DNA of 63,925 nucleotides, the filler included, from Octopus bimaculoides (taxonomy: Eukaryota): the NCBI RefSeq assembly GCF_001194135.2. It is 6 parts of 4 records of this genome, joined end to end, with 100 filler letters (N's around TTAATTAATTAA, not from the genome) between each part and the next. Parts side by side here need not be neighbours in the genome. Positions count along the whole stretch, not along the records: positions 37,774 to 53,707 come from NC_068989.1; 5 more parts are not named here. One strand, written 5' to 3'. Of this stretch, positions 37,780 through 50,669 are shown piece by piece (position 1 is the stretch's first letter; each line of letters opens with the position of its first letter). The translations under genes were made by a program, and so were the position numbers. The notes beneath the pieces are model-generated. The model worked only from the letters and a program-made list of their open reading frames with translations. It had not been told where the DNA came from and searched no databases.

Positions 37780-40185
37780 TCATGATTTCGATTTCACTTG
37801 CCCCAACAGGTCTTCACAAGCTGAGTTTAGTGTCCAATGAAGGAGAGGTTGGCATGGGTGCCAGTCGTCGAATTTGGTTCGATTTTAATTTCACTTGCCT
37901 CAACAGGACTTCGCAAGCAGAGTTTAGTGTCCAATGAAGGAAAGGTATGCATATGTGGGCTGGCTACACCCCAGGCAGAGACCTCGGATTATGGTCTCAC
38001 TTGGCTTGCCGGGTCTTCTCACGCACTGCATATTTCCAAAGGTCTCGGTCACAAGTCATTGCCTCGGTGAGGCCTAATGTTCAAAGGTCATGCTTCACTA
38101 CCTCATCCCAGGTCTTCCTGTGTCTACCACTTCCACAGGATCCCTCAACCATTAGGGTGTGGCAGTTTTTCACACAGCTATCCTCATCCATTCTTGCCAC
38201 ATGACCATACCAGCACAATCGTCTCTCTTGCACATCACGACTGATGCTTCTTAGGTCCAACTTTTCTCTCAAGGTACTTACACTGTGTTGAGTATGCACA
38301 CAGACATTACACATCCAGAGGAGCATACTGGTTTTATTCCTTGTGAGCTTATGCATGTCCTCAGCAGTCACGGCCCGTTTCACTGCCATGTAGCATGTTC
38401 GTACATATGCGTCATACAGTCTGCCTTTTACTCTGAGCGAGAAGCCCTTTGTCACAAGCAGAGGTGAGAGCCCTCTGAACTTTACCCAGGCTATTTTTAT
38501 TCTAGCAGCTACACTTTCAGCACACTCTCCCCCACTACTAACTTGGTCATCTAGATAATGGAAGCTATCAACTACTTCTAGTTTTTCTCCCTGGAATGTG
38601 ACAAAAGTTGTTTTCTGTACCTTTTCGTTGTTTATTGCTCCTGAACATCTGCCAGATACAAAAACTATCTTGCTAGTTAGCCTTCCTTTGATATTGCTGC
38701 TCCTCTTATGTGTCCATAGCTTACACTGGGTGCATCTTATAGAGTTTCTACCTTTTCTACAGATCGAGCAGGGCCATCTACCTGAAGGGGTTTTGTGTTT
38801 TGTCTACCTTCCTACTTATTAGGACTTTGGTTTTAGCTAGGTTGGTTGACTCTAAGGCTCTTCGATTCTAGTCCTTGCTTTCACACCTGAAACATCTCCT
38901 CTAGTTCTGATAGTGACTCAGCTATTAGAGCATGGTCATCAGCATAGAGGAGCTCTCAGGGGCATCCTGTCTTGAATTCCTCTGTTATCGCCTGGAGGAC
39001 TATGATAAATAGGAGAGGGCTGAGGATTGAACCTTGGTGGACCACTACCTCTACCCGGAATTCTTCACTGTACATGTTGCCAACCTTCACTTACTGACAG
39101 CGTTCCTGTACATGGCTCGCATAGCTCTCACTAACCATTCACCTATCCCTAGTTTCCTCATTGACAACCAGAGAAGGGAACGGGGGACCCTGTCAAAGGC
39201 TTTCTCCATGTCAACAAAAGCCAGATACAAAGGTTTATCTTTGGCTAGGTATTTCTCCTGCAGCTGCCTTACCAGAAATATAGCATCCAAACTGCACGAA
39301 CCCAAACTGCATCTCATCTAAGTTGACTCTCTCCCTAATTAGTTGGGCTATGACCCTCTCCGTGACTTTCATTACCTGATCCAACAACTTGATACCTCTG
39401 TAATTATTTGTATCTAAAGCATCACCTTTACCTTTGTAGCAGATGACTATGGTGCTGCTACACCAGTCATTGTGTATGACTCCTTCGTGTATCACCTGGT
39501 TAACTATACAGGTGACTAGGCTATAGCTGACACTGCCAGATACTTTGAGCATCTCTGCAGTGATTCCTGATAGGCCGTGGGCTTTCCCTGTCTTCATACT
39601 ATTAATTGCTTTATCTACCATGTTACTGTCAACTTGGATAGCTGGTCCCTCTGTTGGGTCGACATTTGGCAGTCTCTCTTTCTCCCATTCATCCTCTTTA
39701 TTGAGCAACCTTTCATAGTGGCATCTCCAAACCTCTCTCTTTGCAGCCTCGTTTAGTATAAGTGAACCATCATCCATGCGGACACATTTCTCTCCTACGA
39801 CATCACGATTCTCTCTCACACACTGTCTTGCAACACGAAATACATCAAGTATTTGGTTCTCATGGCACAGAACATTGGCAAATTTTTTCTTATCTGCTTC
39901 CCCTCTGGCTAAATAAACCTGTCGCCTAGCTTCCCTTCTGGCAGTCTGATACAGTTCCCTGCTATCACCTTACTTCCAGTCCTTCCAAGCCTGTTTCTTT
40001 TGTCTAGTAGCCCTGTCAACAACATTGTTCCACCACCACGTTATTTTGGGTCGAGAGGGGACTTTGCACCATCCACAGATCTGGTCAGTGGCCCTCAACA
40101 GGTTGTCCCGTAGAAACTTCCAGTTGTCTTCTACATCGTGTGAAGCTATATCTCCTTCTATTTCATCAAAGGCTTCAGTAATATG
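37780..40185 (-). mobile_element. RTE LINE, 5'-truncated and decayed (RT domain + 3' UTR)
   Basis: NYRGIKLLDQVMK..QFGF, YLAFVDMEKAFDRVPR, LYADD at ~38935, LCWYGHVARMDE; frameshifts and stops. Confidence 0.9.
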
Positions 40186-40436
40186 TCTACATATATATAT
40201 ACACACATACATATACATATATAAACATATATACATATACATATATATACATATACATATATGCATACATGTGTATATACATATACATATATGCATACAT
40301 ATACATACATACATACATATACATACATACATATATNNNNNNNNNNNNNNNNNNNNNNNNNNNNNNNNNNNNNNNNNNNNNNNNNNNNNNNNNNNNNNNN
40401 NNNNNNNNNNNNNNNNNNNNNNNNNNNNNNNNNNNN

Positions 40437-40735
40437 CAACCACTTCGAGAGTGTAGTGGGTGCTTTTACGTGCCACCGGCACGAAGCCAGTCAGGTGCTA
40501 CTGGCAACGGCTACGCTCAAAATGGTGTATTTTACGTGCCACCTGCACATGAGCCAGTCCAGCAACACTGGCAACGATCTCGCTCGAATGTCTTACACGT
40601 GCCACTAGCACAAGTGCCAGGAAGGCGATGCTGGGCACAGGTGTCAACACGATTTTGCTTTCGCTTGCCTCAACAGGTTTTCGCAAGCTGAGTTTCATGT
40701 CCAAAATGAAGGAGACGACGTTGGCATGGGTGCCA
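40437..40735 (-). mobile_element. RTE 3'-UTR-type repeat
   Basis: Reverse complement of ..TGGCACGTAAAAGCACCCACTACACTCTCGAAGTGGTTG. Confidence 0.8.
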
Positions 40736-40739
40736 GTTG

Positions 40740-41142
40740 TTTATATTATAATTATGAAATAATATCTCCTTAAATTCATTAGTACATAAATTACAAAAAT
40801 TATTACCTATACGATACGATTTCGCCTTACAAACTATCTCCCATTTTAAAATGTAGTTAATATTTTTAGATTTAAGTTCCCAAATATATTTACTAAGGTC
40901 AGTAGAATTAATCAAATTTGTATTCTTAAATGAGTGCATATGTTGAGCCACTCATAATTTAATTTTATTAGAAGTCGATCCTATATAAACCTTATTTAAA
41001 TTATAACTATTATGTTTATTCCTGTCCATTAAAGTCACTATGCATTTATACACTACATCCTTGAAATTGCATTTATTATCAAATTTACATTTAGTCTTAT
41101 CTCTACATGTACAATTAATTATATCCTGGTCCACATTATTAC

Positions 41143-41177
<35 letters not shown>

Positions 41178-41810
41178 GAATAAGTATTAAATTTATATTT
41201 ATAATACTTATTTAACTTAAATCTATTAAAAGAAGAAATAATATTAGCAACATTATTAGTAGTAGAATAACCTACACCAAAATTATAAGTAGAAAATATA
41301 TTATAATATTTTTTATTATCTCTAAGGAATATATCAATAACTTCAAAAATTTCTTTAATAATTTTAGTTTTAACTTGAATGCCGTATGTAATAATTAGCC
41401 AGAGTTTGTTCCTATTATAGATATTATTGTATTTATTATTTATATTATTAAATTTATTATTATCATTAAAAAATTAAAATTAAATCTATTATTGTTTCCA
41501 TTACAATTATGTTTATGTTTATGTAATTTATTATCCTAATACCTATTATTCTTATCATAATTACCTAAGAAGACATTATCATAAATATAAAGGTTATGTT
41601 TATCAAAAAGATCATTACTATTATAATCATTACTAATAAAATTATGATTATACTTCGGATTATTAAAATATTTAATATCATTAGTATATCCCGCCTCACA
41701 AAGGGCTTTATTGTAATAAGGTGCATGTTTTTCAAAGATCTCTATATTCGATGAAAGTAAAGATATTCTCTTACCTATAGTAAAAGTTAATGACTTTTTA
41801 ATTATCTATA
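40740..41810 (-). mobile_element. Penelope-like (Naiad-type) RT C-terminus + GIY-YIG endonuclease relic
   Basis: SSNIEIFEKHAPYYNKALCEAGY; CTCRDKTKC..C..VVYKC..VYIGST; STDLSKYIWELK..KWEIVCKAKSY..CNLC. Confidence 0.85.
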
Positions 41811-41828
41811 CATATATCTATCTATCTA

Positions 41829-41868
<40 letters not shown>

Positions 41869-42128
41869 TGGCAGGAATGGCAACAAAAGAAAGAAAGAGA
41901 CCTCGATATTATGCAAATAGAGGAATGTATCTCTATATGTGCGAGGATACGTGTGCACGTAGATATAAACGTACGCACTTTGAGGTATGTGTGTGCGTGT
42001 ATGATATACGCAAATTTAGACGGGTTTTGACACCACACAGTAATTTCCCTTTGTTTATGTTTATGGTTGCTTATTTCCCTTTGTTTTCGTTTCCATAACG
42101 GTTTTTCAAATAGAACCTCCAGTGGCTG

Positions 42129-42190
42129 GATAACTGAAGAGATGGTCGGAGCGGAACACCGCCCGGGCATCGGAAACTCGGAGTTTTATC
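42129..42190 (+). ncRNA. Hammerhead ribozyme motif with extended stem II
   Basis: GAUAA-CUGAAGA-[GAUG/UCGG/GCGG-aaca-CCGC/CCGG/CAUC]-g-GAAAC-UCGGA-GUU-UUAUC; stem I 5 bp, stem III ACUC.GAGU near-palindrome, one extra G before GAAA. Confidence 0.6.
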
Positions 42191-42222
42191 ATGGCTACTG
42201 AATAAGTGTCACATATTTTTAC

Positions 42223-42271
<49 letters not shown>

Positions 42272-42529
42272 TGAGAAAGTTGGTATGTGAAAGCACGTGG
42301 TTGGATGTATAAAAGATAAACAAGAGTGAAAAAACTACAGAAGGCTTGTGTTACATGGTTAAAGTATATATTTAAATTGTTATGTCAGAAAAATGTTATA
42401 AAATTTTGGGTATAGAAACATTGTATTCGGAGAAATAACCGGTTTCGTGTTGTCTTTTCAAATTTCTCTACCTGTATCGTAACATGTCTTCACTCCACAT
42501 GTATATGCACATGTATAAGTGTATATATA

Positions 42530-43890
42530 TGCTGATGATCTTGCTCTCATAGTAGAATCACTACCAGAACTAGAGAAGAAATTTCAGGTGTGAAAGCAAG
42601 GTTTAGAATTGAAGGGCCTTAGAGTCAATGCTGCAAAGACCAAAGTCCTAGTAAGTAGGAAGGCGAACACATCACAAACTCCTTCTGGTAGATGGCCCTG
42701 CTCAATTTGTAGAAAAGGTGTAGGTAGAAACTTCGTAAGATGTACCCAGTGTAATCTATGGATGCATAAGAAGTGCAGTAACATCAAAGGAAGGTTAACT
42801 GGGAAGACAGATTTTGTACACGGCAGATACACAGGAGCAACAAACACAACAGATGTTCAGAAAACTGATTCCATCACATGCCAGTGGGAGAAACTAGAAG
42901 TACTTGGTAGCTTCTGCAACCTAGGTGACCAAGTCTGTAGTGAGGGTGAATGCTCAGAGAGCGTTGCCACTAGAATAAGAATAGCCTGGGCAAAGTTCAG
43001 AAAGCTCCTACCTCTACTGGTGACAAAGGGCCTCTCGCTTAAAGTGAAAGGTAGATTGTATGATGCATGTGTACGAACTGCCATGCTACATGGCAGTGAA
43101 ACATGAGCCATGATTGCTGAAGACATGTGTAGGCTCAAAAGAAATGAAGCTAGTATGATCTGCTGGAAGTGTAATGTCAGTGTGCACACACGACAGAGTG
43201 TAAGTGCCCTGAGAGAAATGGACATAAGAAGCATCAGATGTGGTGTGCAAGAGAGACAACTGCGTTGGTATGGTCATGTACTACATATGGATGAAGAGAG
43301 CTGTGTGAAGAAGTGTCACTCCCTAACAGTGTAAGGAATCTCTGGAAGAGGGAGATCCAGGAAGACATGGAATCAGGTGGTGAAGCATGACCTTTGAATG
43401 TTGAGCCTCACAGAGGCAATGACTAGTGACCAAGACATCTGGAGATATGCTGTGATGGAGAAGACCCAGCAAGGAAAGTGAGATCACAGCTGTAATCTAC
43501 ACCAGTGTCACATACCCAGCCCATTTAAAAAGTACCTTTGAATTGTCGGGTAACATTCTGTGCTTGAGGAGGCCTATTGAGTCAAGTAAATCATAATCAA
43601 ATCAAATCAAATGAAAATTGGAGTTGTGGCCGTTACCAGTGCTGGTGGCACATGATAAGCACCATTCATTCATGCGTGGGTTGCTACCAGAGCCGCCTGA
43701 TTGGCTCCCTGTGCTGGTGGCACATAAAATGCACCATCCGAACATGGTCAATGCCAGCTCCCACCCTGCCTCAACTGGCTGTGCTGGTGGCACGTAAAAA
43801 GCACCATCCGAATGTGGCTGATGCCAGTGCTACCTGACTGTCTCCCATGCTGGTGGCACGTAAAAGCACCTACTACACCCTCGGAGTGGT
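42530..43890 (+). mobile_element. RTE LINE 3' half from YADD to 3' UTR
   Basis: YADDLAL.., GLRVNAAKTKVL, WPCSICRKGVG..CTQCNLWMHKKCS, LRWYGHV; UTR modules follow. Confidence 0.9.
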
Positions 43891-43939
43891 TTGTGTGCGT
43901 ATATGTGTGTGTATGTGTGTGTGTAATGATTCATCTTTC

Positions 43940-44490
43940 CAGGTGCATATTAGTAATTTGGTAATAAAATGCAGACAGCTACGTGGATTTTTTATCTGAA
44001 CTTTCTGAATGAGAGAACAGGAAACCATGATGGTCCTTTGGAGGACATATGTCCTCAGCTGCTTAAACTATTGCTCTCAACTATGGCCACTACAGTATAA
44101 AATCAATGGTGGAAATCAAAGCAATCCAGCAAAGCTACACAAAGAAAATTGTCTCAATGCAACAAGTCAGCTCCTGGGAAATACAGAAAAAGTTAAGACT
44201 CTATTCACCTAGAATAAAGGTGGGAAAGATATGCAGTGATATACACCTGGAAGATCCTGGAAGGACTTGTACCAAACTTTTACAGTGAAAGTTACACAAA
44301 CAACAGAATGGAGTGCTGCTGCATAGTGCCAAAGATCCCAACATCACCATCAAAACACAGGACTAGACACTGCAACAGCTTGGGTTTCAAGGGCCCACAG
44401 CTCTTCAATATCCTCCAAAACATCTGGCAGGTCTGCATGTTGTGAATGTAGGTGTCTTCAAAACAAAACTGGACCCCTCTTGTCAAGGGT
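43940..44490 (+). mobile_element. CR1-clade LINE 3' fragment
   Basis: MMVLWRTYVLSCLNYCSQLWP..WKILEGLVPNF..NSLGFKGPQLFN; homolog of 61616-62650. Confidence 0.85.
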
Positions 44491-44926
44491 TCTGGGCAAA
44501 ATGTTATAGATATGATAAATACAAGAAAATGTTGTCGATACAATCTTTAAGTAATAATAAACCTTTTATTGACACAAACCCTGAAATGTTGGAGAAGTGG
44601 GGGGTAATCGATTACATCGACTCCTGTGCATTTCTGGTACTTATTACATCAACCCCGAAAGACAAATATCAACCTCAGTGAAATTCCAACTCAGAACATA
44701 AAGCAGAAGAAATTCTGCTGCGTATTTTGTATGGCACAGAAGCAATTCTACCAACTCAGTAATAATCAACATTCCTGAGATAGTTATGTGGGAAGAGTAT
44801 GATTGATTAAATGGATCCCAGTATTTGACAGGTCTTTTAGTCTATTGACCTTCGACAGAATAAAAAGCTAAGTTGCTCTAATTTCATCGCAGTAAGATTT
44901 GAAGTCCACAAAAAGTATATATATAT

Positions 44927-45005
<79 letters not shown>

Positions 45006-45134
45006 CATATATACCATGTGAGATTTAATGATTTTTAATGATTTTTCCAATTATTATAATGAAGGGTTCAGGGGGGCATTTTGTTGTTCTATGTGTGTGT
45101 GTGTGTGTGTATATGTATATATGTATGTATATTC

Positions 45135-45548
45135 TTTTACTTTTTCACTTGTTTCAGTCATGTGACTGTGGCCATGCCGGAGCACCACCATTAAGGGTCT
45201 TTTAGTTGAAAAAATGGACCCCAGAACTTATTCTTTGTATGCATAGTACTTATTTCATTGATCTGGTTTACTTCACTGTTAAGTTATGGGGATGTAAACA
45301 CACCAGCTTCAGACGTCAAGTGACAGTGGGGGCACAAACATAGACACAAAGACACATACACATAAATATATACACATATATATGATGGGTTTCTTTCAGT
45401 TTCCATCTACCAAATCCACTCACAAAGTTTTGGTCAACCCGAGGCTTTAGTAGAAGACACTTGCCCAAGGTGCCACACAGACGGACTGAACCCAGAACCA
45501 TAACCATGTGGTTGGGAAGCAAGCTTCTTACCACACAGCCACACCTAC
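45135..45548 (-). mobile_element. tRNA-headed SINE with internal microsatellite
   Basis: Same composite as 21420-21815. Confidence 0.8.
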
Positions 45549-45873
45549 ACTTATATTTATGTGTGTGTATATTACCTATGGAGTTAAAAGTTATGGCTGG
45601 TCATATAGTGACTATTGGTTTTGTACCTATAGAGTGCTTAGCAGTATAGGCGACTTGTCAGATTCAAGTGGCTGAAGGCAGGAAACANNNNNNNNNNNNN
45701 NNNNNNNNNNNNNNNNNNNNNNNNNNNNNNNNNNNNNNNNNNNNNNNNNNNNNNNNNNNNNNNNNNNNNNNNNNNNNNNNNNNNNNNNNNNNNNNNNNNN
45801 NNNNNNNNNNNNNNNNNNNNNNNNNNNNNNNNNNNNNNNNNNNNNNNNNTATATATACACACACACACACACA

Positions 45874-48154
45874 CAGTAGATCCTGCTTTATAAATCCAAT
45901 GATAATAAACCCACCTGCTTAATGTATCCAAAATGGGTTGGGACAGAATTTTTACACATAAAATCTCTCGTTTAATAAATCCAAACCATTGCTTAATAAA
46001 TCCAATTGTTGCTGCTTCTTCCTGAAGAATCAACAAGTGGCAGCAAATGAATAAAGTGTTTTTTTTTGTTTTTGAATACTGACAGGTAGGCTCCAGCAGC
46101 CACAGCCAGCCAGTTACCATGTGGTACACTCCATCATCCAAAAATAGATCAATAAATATGTAGTAGCTGGCAGTGGCTACAGGAGCCTACTACACAACCC
46201 TGTCCTTCAAGCAAAAAAGTAGGTTCTGGGACACCTCTTGTCAAAATTACGTTTTTCTCATTCATTGGATGATGGAGTGTACTATGTGACAGCTGGTTGG
46301 TTGTGGCTGCTGGAGCCTACCTGTCAGTATTTAAGGGCCTAAAAAACATGTCATTTGTCATTGGTGCAGAGAGGCAGACACACATACAAGTTATTCAAAA
46401 TGTTCAAAATGAAAAGAGAGAAGCAGGACATATCAGTGGCAGAAAAGATTTAATTGTTAGAATGTTACAAAGCTCTTGGGAAAGCAATTAAATAGGAAGC
46501 AGCACAGAGTTTGCGAATTTCAAGAGGTCTGCTCCAGTATTTGCTAAAGAATGAGGATGACCTTTGTGCCAAAGAATACGATGGCTGTTCATCAAAAGAG
46601 AAAGCGCCAACAAGAGGGAAAGGATCAACAGATAGACTAAACTCTCTATGATTGGCTTCAATTTATTCACTCAAGAGACATCCCCATCAATGGCCTGATC
46701 CTAGTGCACAAAGCCAACATCATTGCTCAAGATGCTGGACATGATTTTAAGGCATCTGAAGGTTGGTTTTACCATTGGCAAAAAAGATATGGAATCTCTT
46801 TTATGGTTCTAAAATGTAAGCTTTGTAGTTCACTAGTTCACATTTTTCTCTTTAGAGAATACAAACTAAACATTTCATACTTTGCAAGCAACGCAGCTGA
46901 AGCTGACGTTGGTGGAGCCCATCAATTTCATGAGACAACCATCGTATCAGCCACAAGACATCTACAATGCTGATGAAAATGGGATCTACTTTAGTGCATT
47001 ACCAGGGAATACATATGTCAACGAGAGTTGCAAGAAAACTGTGAGGGGTTTCAAAACGGTAAAGGACCATGTGACCTTGATGGTGGTCTGCAACATGAAT
47101 GAAGATAAAGAAGACTTGCTCTTAATCAGAAAAGCTGGTTTGCCAAGATGCTTTAAAAATGTCAAAACGCTTCTGATTCAGTATGACTTTTCAACCAATG
47201 CTTGGATGACAGAAAAAAATCTATGGAAGATGGCTCAGATCTTGGGATCGTTGTTTGCAGGAATCTGGAAGATAAGTGGTGGTATTACTTGACAGTTGCT
47301 CTTCTCATGTAGTCATCGATGATCTCAAGAATAGCACTTTAAAATTTCTTCCTTCCAACATGTCAGTGCTGCAGCCCTGTGACATGGGGATAATCAAGAC
47401 CTTGAAAGCCTACTTCAGACATGAAATCTGTGAGATCATTGATGTTATGGAAGACAATGAACGTGACATTTTTGCCCAAGAAGTTCCAAAACGGATCACC
47501 ATTTTGGATGCCATGTACATGTTAAGCGTAACTTGGAAGAAGGTCTCTAGCCAGACAATCAAATATTGTTGGACCAAAGAATCTAATGAAGCCATAGATG
47601 TTAATGAAGATTTGACCCTGCCTTCACCGCCTACTGGATTGACCAAAAAGCAATTTGAGAACTGGTTGTCTGTAGATGATGGCACAGTTGTTGCTTCAGA
47701 GATCGTCACTGAAGAAGAAAAACTAGACGAGATCATTCATGACATTCAGCAATCTGAAAAGGAAACTGAAGGAGATGAAGATGGCAATCCTGACGTCGAT
47801 GAAAGAGTTACAGAGCCTCCAACACCAGCTAAAAGGAGATGTTATCTCACTCAATTAGAAAGTGGACTTGAAAGTTTTTGATTTCAGTGATATGAATCTT
47901 TTTAGATCTCTTAAGGAAAAAATCAATGGAGAGTTGCAAACAAAGTGTCCTGCAAAGTAAATAACACTCAACAAATTTTTCATTCAATGACATTGTTTAT
48001 AATATTTTTATTTGGTTTATTCGCATATGTATGTATTTTGATAAATAACAAGTTTAATCAACTGGCAAATTTTGTTTCTTTGGTTAATAAATCCCTCGTT
48101 TAATAAATCCAAAACAGGCAGCCCCAAGATGGATTTATACAACGAAATCTACTG
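45874..48154 (+). mobile_element. Full-length, inactivated pogo/Tigger DNA transposon (CENP-B-like transposase)
   Basis: 25-bp TIRs CAGTAGATCCTGCTTTATAAATCCA / TGGATTTATACAACGAAATCTACTG + TA. HTH region (KASEGWFYHWQKRYGI) and DDD domain (IYNADENG, NAWMT, LLDSCSSH, LQPCDMGII); stops and frameshifts. Confidence 0.92.
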
Positions 48155-48179
48155 TATATATATATATATTAATAGTAAT

Positions 48180-48842
48180 GGTAAGACAACAAAAGAATGA
48201 ATGAGACCTCGATATTATGTAAATAGAGGAATTTATCTGTAATATAATATGTGACAATTATTCGGTTGGCATAATAAGACTCTGAGTTTCAGATGTTGGG
48301 GCAGAAAACTGCTCTGGCATCTCGTCAGTTATCATATACAGCATGTACGTATTTTAGACATGTATTTGAGTATAATTGCGCGTGTATGGGTATGTGCACA
48401 CGTGTGTGTGCATGCATATGTGTAGATATGCATACATGTACATGCATGGTTGCATATATATGTGCATATATAGGCGTAAGTGTGGGTGTGCATGTATGTT
48501 TCATGTGAGTGTGAGTGAGCATATGCATATAGGCACATGTACGTGGGTGTGCGTGCGCACATGTGTATGTATGTACATGCATGCTTACGTGATTTCTATG
48601 AGCATTTTTATGTCCTTACTTGTTTACTTTCTCCCCTTTGGTTGTTTCCCCTTATTTAATGGTCATTCTAATAAATCTTTTGTCTTAATAACGGTCAATT
48701 ACATAGTAATCTCCCTTTGTTTGACGGTCATTTCCATAGCATTTTTTGAATGCCTAGATAACTGACGAGATGCTGGAGCAGTTTTCCGCCCCAATATCCA
48801 AAACTCGGAATCTTATTATGGCAACTGAATAATTGTCACATA
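48180..48842. mobile_element. Non-coding element with ~85-bp inverted arms, each holding a hammerhead
   Basis: 48251-48333 is the reverse complement of 48757-48842. HHR (-) 48273-48333 keeps CUGACGA/GAAA/GUC; HHR (+) 48757-48817 is mutated (AAAA, AUC). Confidence 0.7.
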
Positions 48843-48852
48843 NNNNNNNNNN

Positions 48853-48887
<35 letters not shown>

Positions 48888-48890
<3 letters not shown>

Positions 48891-49152
48891 GAGGTTATGG
48901 CTGATCACTGAGTGACCATCAGTCTCACATTTATAGAGCACTTAGTAGTATAGGTGACTCATCTGTCCTGTCCACAAAGCAGACAATTACTTTTTGTTTA
49001 CAAAACCAACTGACCGTTACATATTCCTCCAGTTTCTAGAGAGGTTATGGACCTTCAGCCATTTGAGTCTGATGAGTCACCTAAATTGCTAAGCACTGTA
49101 TAGGTGCAAAACCAATGGTCACTTTACGATTGGCCATGACTTTTAACTTCCC
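48888..49152. mobile_element. Second non-coding element with inverted hammerhead-bearing arms
   Basis: HHR (+) 49064-49123 UGAGU-CUGAUGA-GUCACCUA..UAGGUGC-AAAAC-CAAU-GGUC-ACU (G12>A); degenerate HHR (-) 48908-48968; third copy at 45606-45668 (-). Confidence 0.7.
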
Positions 49153-49157
49153 AAATA

Positions 49158-49199
<42 letters not shown>

Positions 49200-50300
49200 C
49201 ATATAACTTATAAAATTGTAATGGTAGGGTGGGCTATTTTTGGATAAAATGAGAAAGGTATAAAAGCGTTCATGTGAGGGAAATGAGGTGTCTTAGGGAG
49301 AATAACTGACATCAGGTTAGGGGAGAACAGAGTCGTGTAAGCAACAAATATGGAATGGCAGTGGGATGATAATATTAATACAGCTGTCATTCAGGGATAC
49401 ACAAGTGCGTGCTTTCAGTTAGTTTACAAAGTCAAGTCATAGCGGACAGATGATAACTAATGAAAATAGTGTGTGTGTGTGTATATATATGTCCCTCCTC
49501 TCTCTACACGTCTTTCATTCCACACTCTTTCTCACTCTGCCCTCTCTGTCTCAGTCAGTCAGTCTGTCTGTCTGTCTCTGTCTCTGTCTCTCTTAACACA
49601 CACATACATGTCTTTTATATGACACTCATTCTCATTCTGCATTTAACATTAGGGTTAGCGTTACGTTTAAGCAGAAACTGAGAAGGGATTCAAAAGATTG
49701 GAATTTGTGTACAAATTTTTATAGAATTGAACTTGCATATGTTTGGAATTTGGATATCAAACGAAAATATATTCTTAAAAGAAGAAAAATAGAAAGTTCT
49801 ACAAAGTGTTTTTAGTCCAAAATTTCACTGAGTGTTTTTTTCAGAAAGATTTACTATAAGTTAGATAAAGAGCTTTGCAATGTTACTGTTAATTCTCCGA
49901 GTCATTAACTGGGGCAATGTTGGGTATTTCAGCTAGTGTATATATATATATATATCATCATCAATCATCCTTGTCGTTTAACGCCTGCCTTCCATGCTAA
50001 CATGGGTGGAATGGTTTCATAAGAGCCAGCCAGGCAGAAGCCTGCACCAAACTTCTGTGACTGTTTTGGCAGGATTTTTACAGCTGGATGCCCTTCCAAA
50101 CACCAACCACTTTACAGTGTGGACTGGGTGCTTTTAAGTGACACCTGCACTGACAGGGTCACCAAGTACTTGCAAGACAAAAAAAAAATCCTTCAAGAGG
50201 GGAGGAGGCATTGGAGGAGGTGATCTTGTGTTGCATGATGAAAAAGTTATAGTGAGACATACAGGTGTCTTGCTGTAAAGGAAGTACAGGGTTACCTAAC

Positions 50301-50371
<71 letters not shown>

Positions 50372-50545
50372 AATGAAGACAGAAACAGGTGAGAGAGTGG
50401 GAGACAGCAGGATAAAGATGGTGGCAAAATGCTGGGCATATTCACAAGGAATGGGGATCAGAATATAAATGGGATGGTTGAGTAAAAGAAGAGAGAGATA
50501 TAGATGGTGGAAAGTGCCAGGGTATAGACTTGAGGTTTGAATGTC

Positions 50546-50595
<50 letters not shown>

Positions 50596-50669
50596 TTGTG
50601 AAGGAAGTGTGATTAAAGAGTGCTAGTAAGTGGCAAAAGACCTGCGTATATATAGAGTCAGAATGCTAC

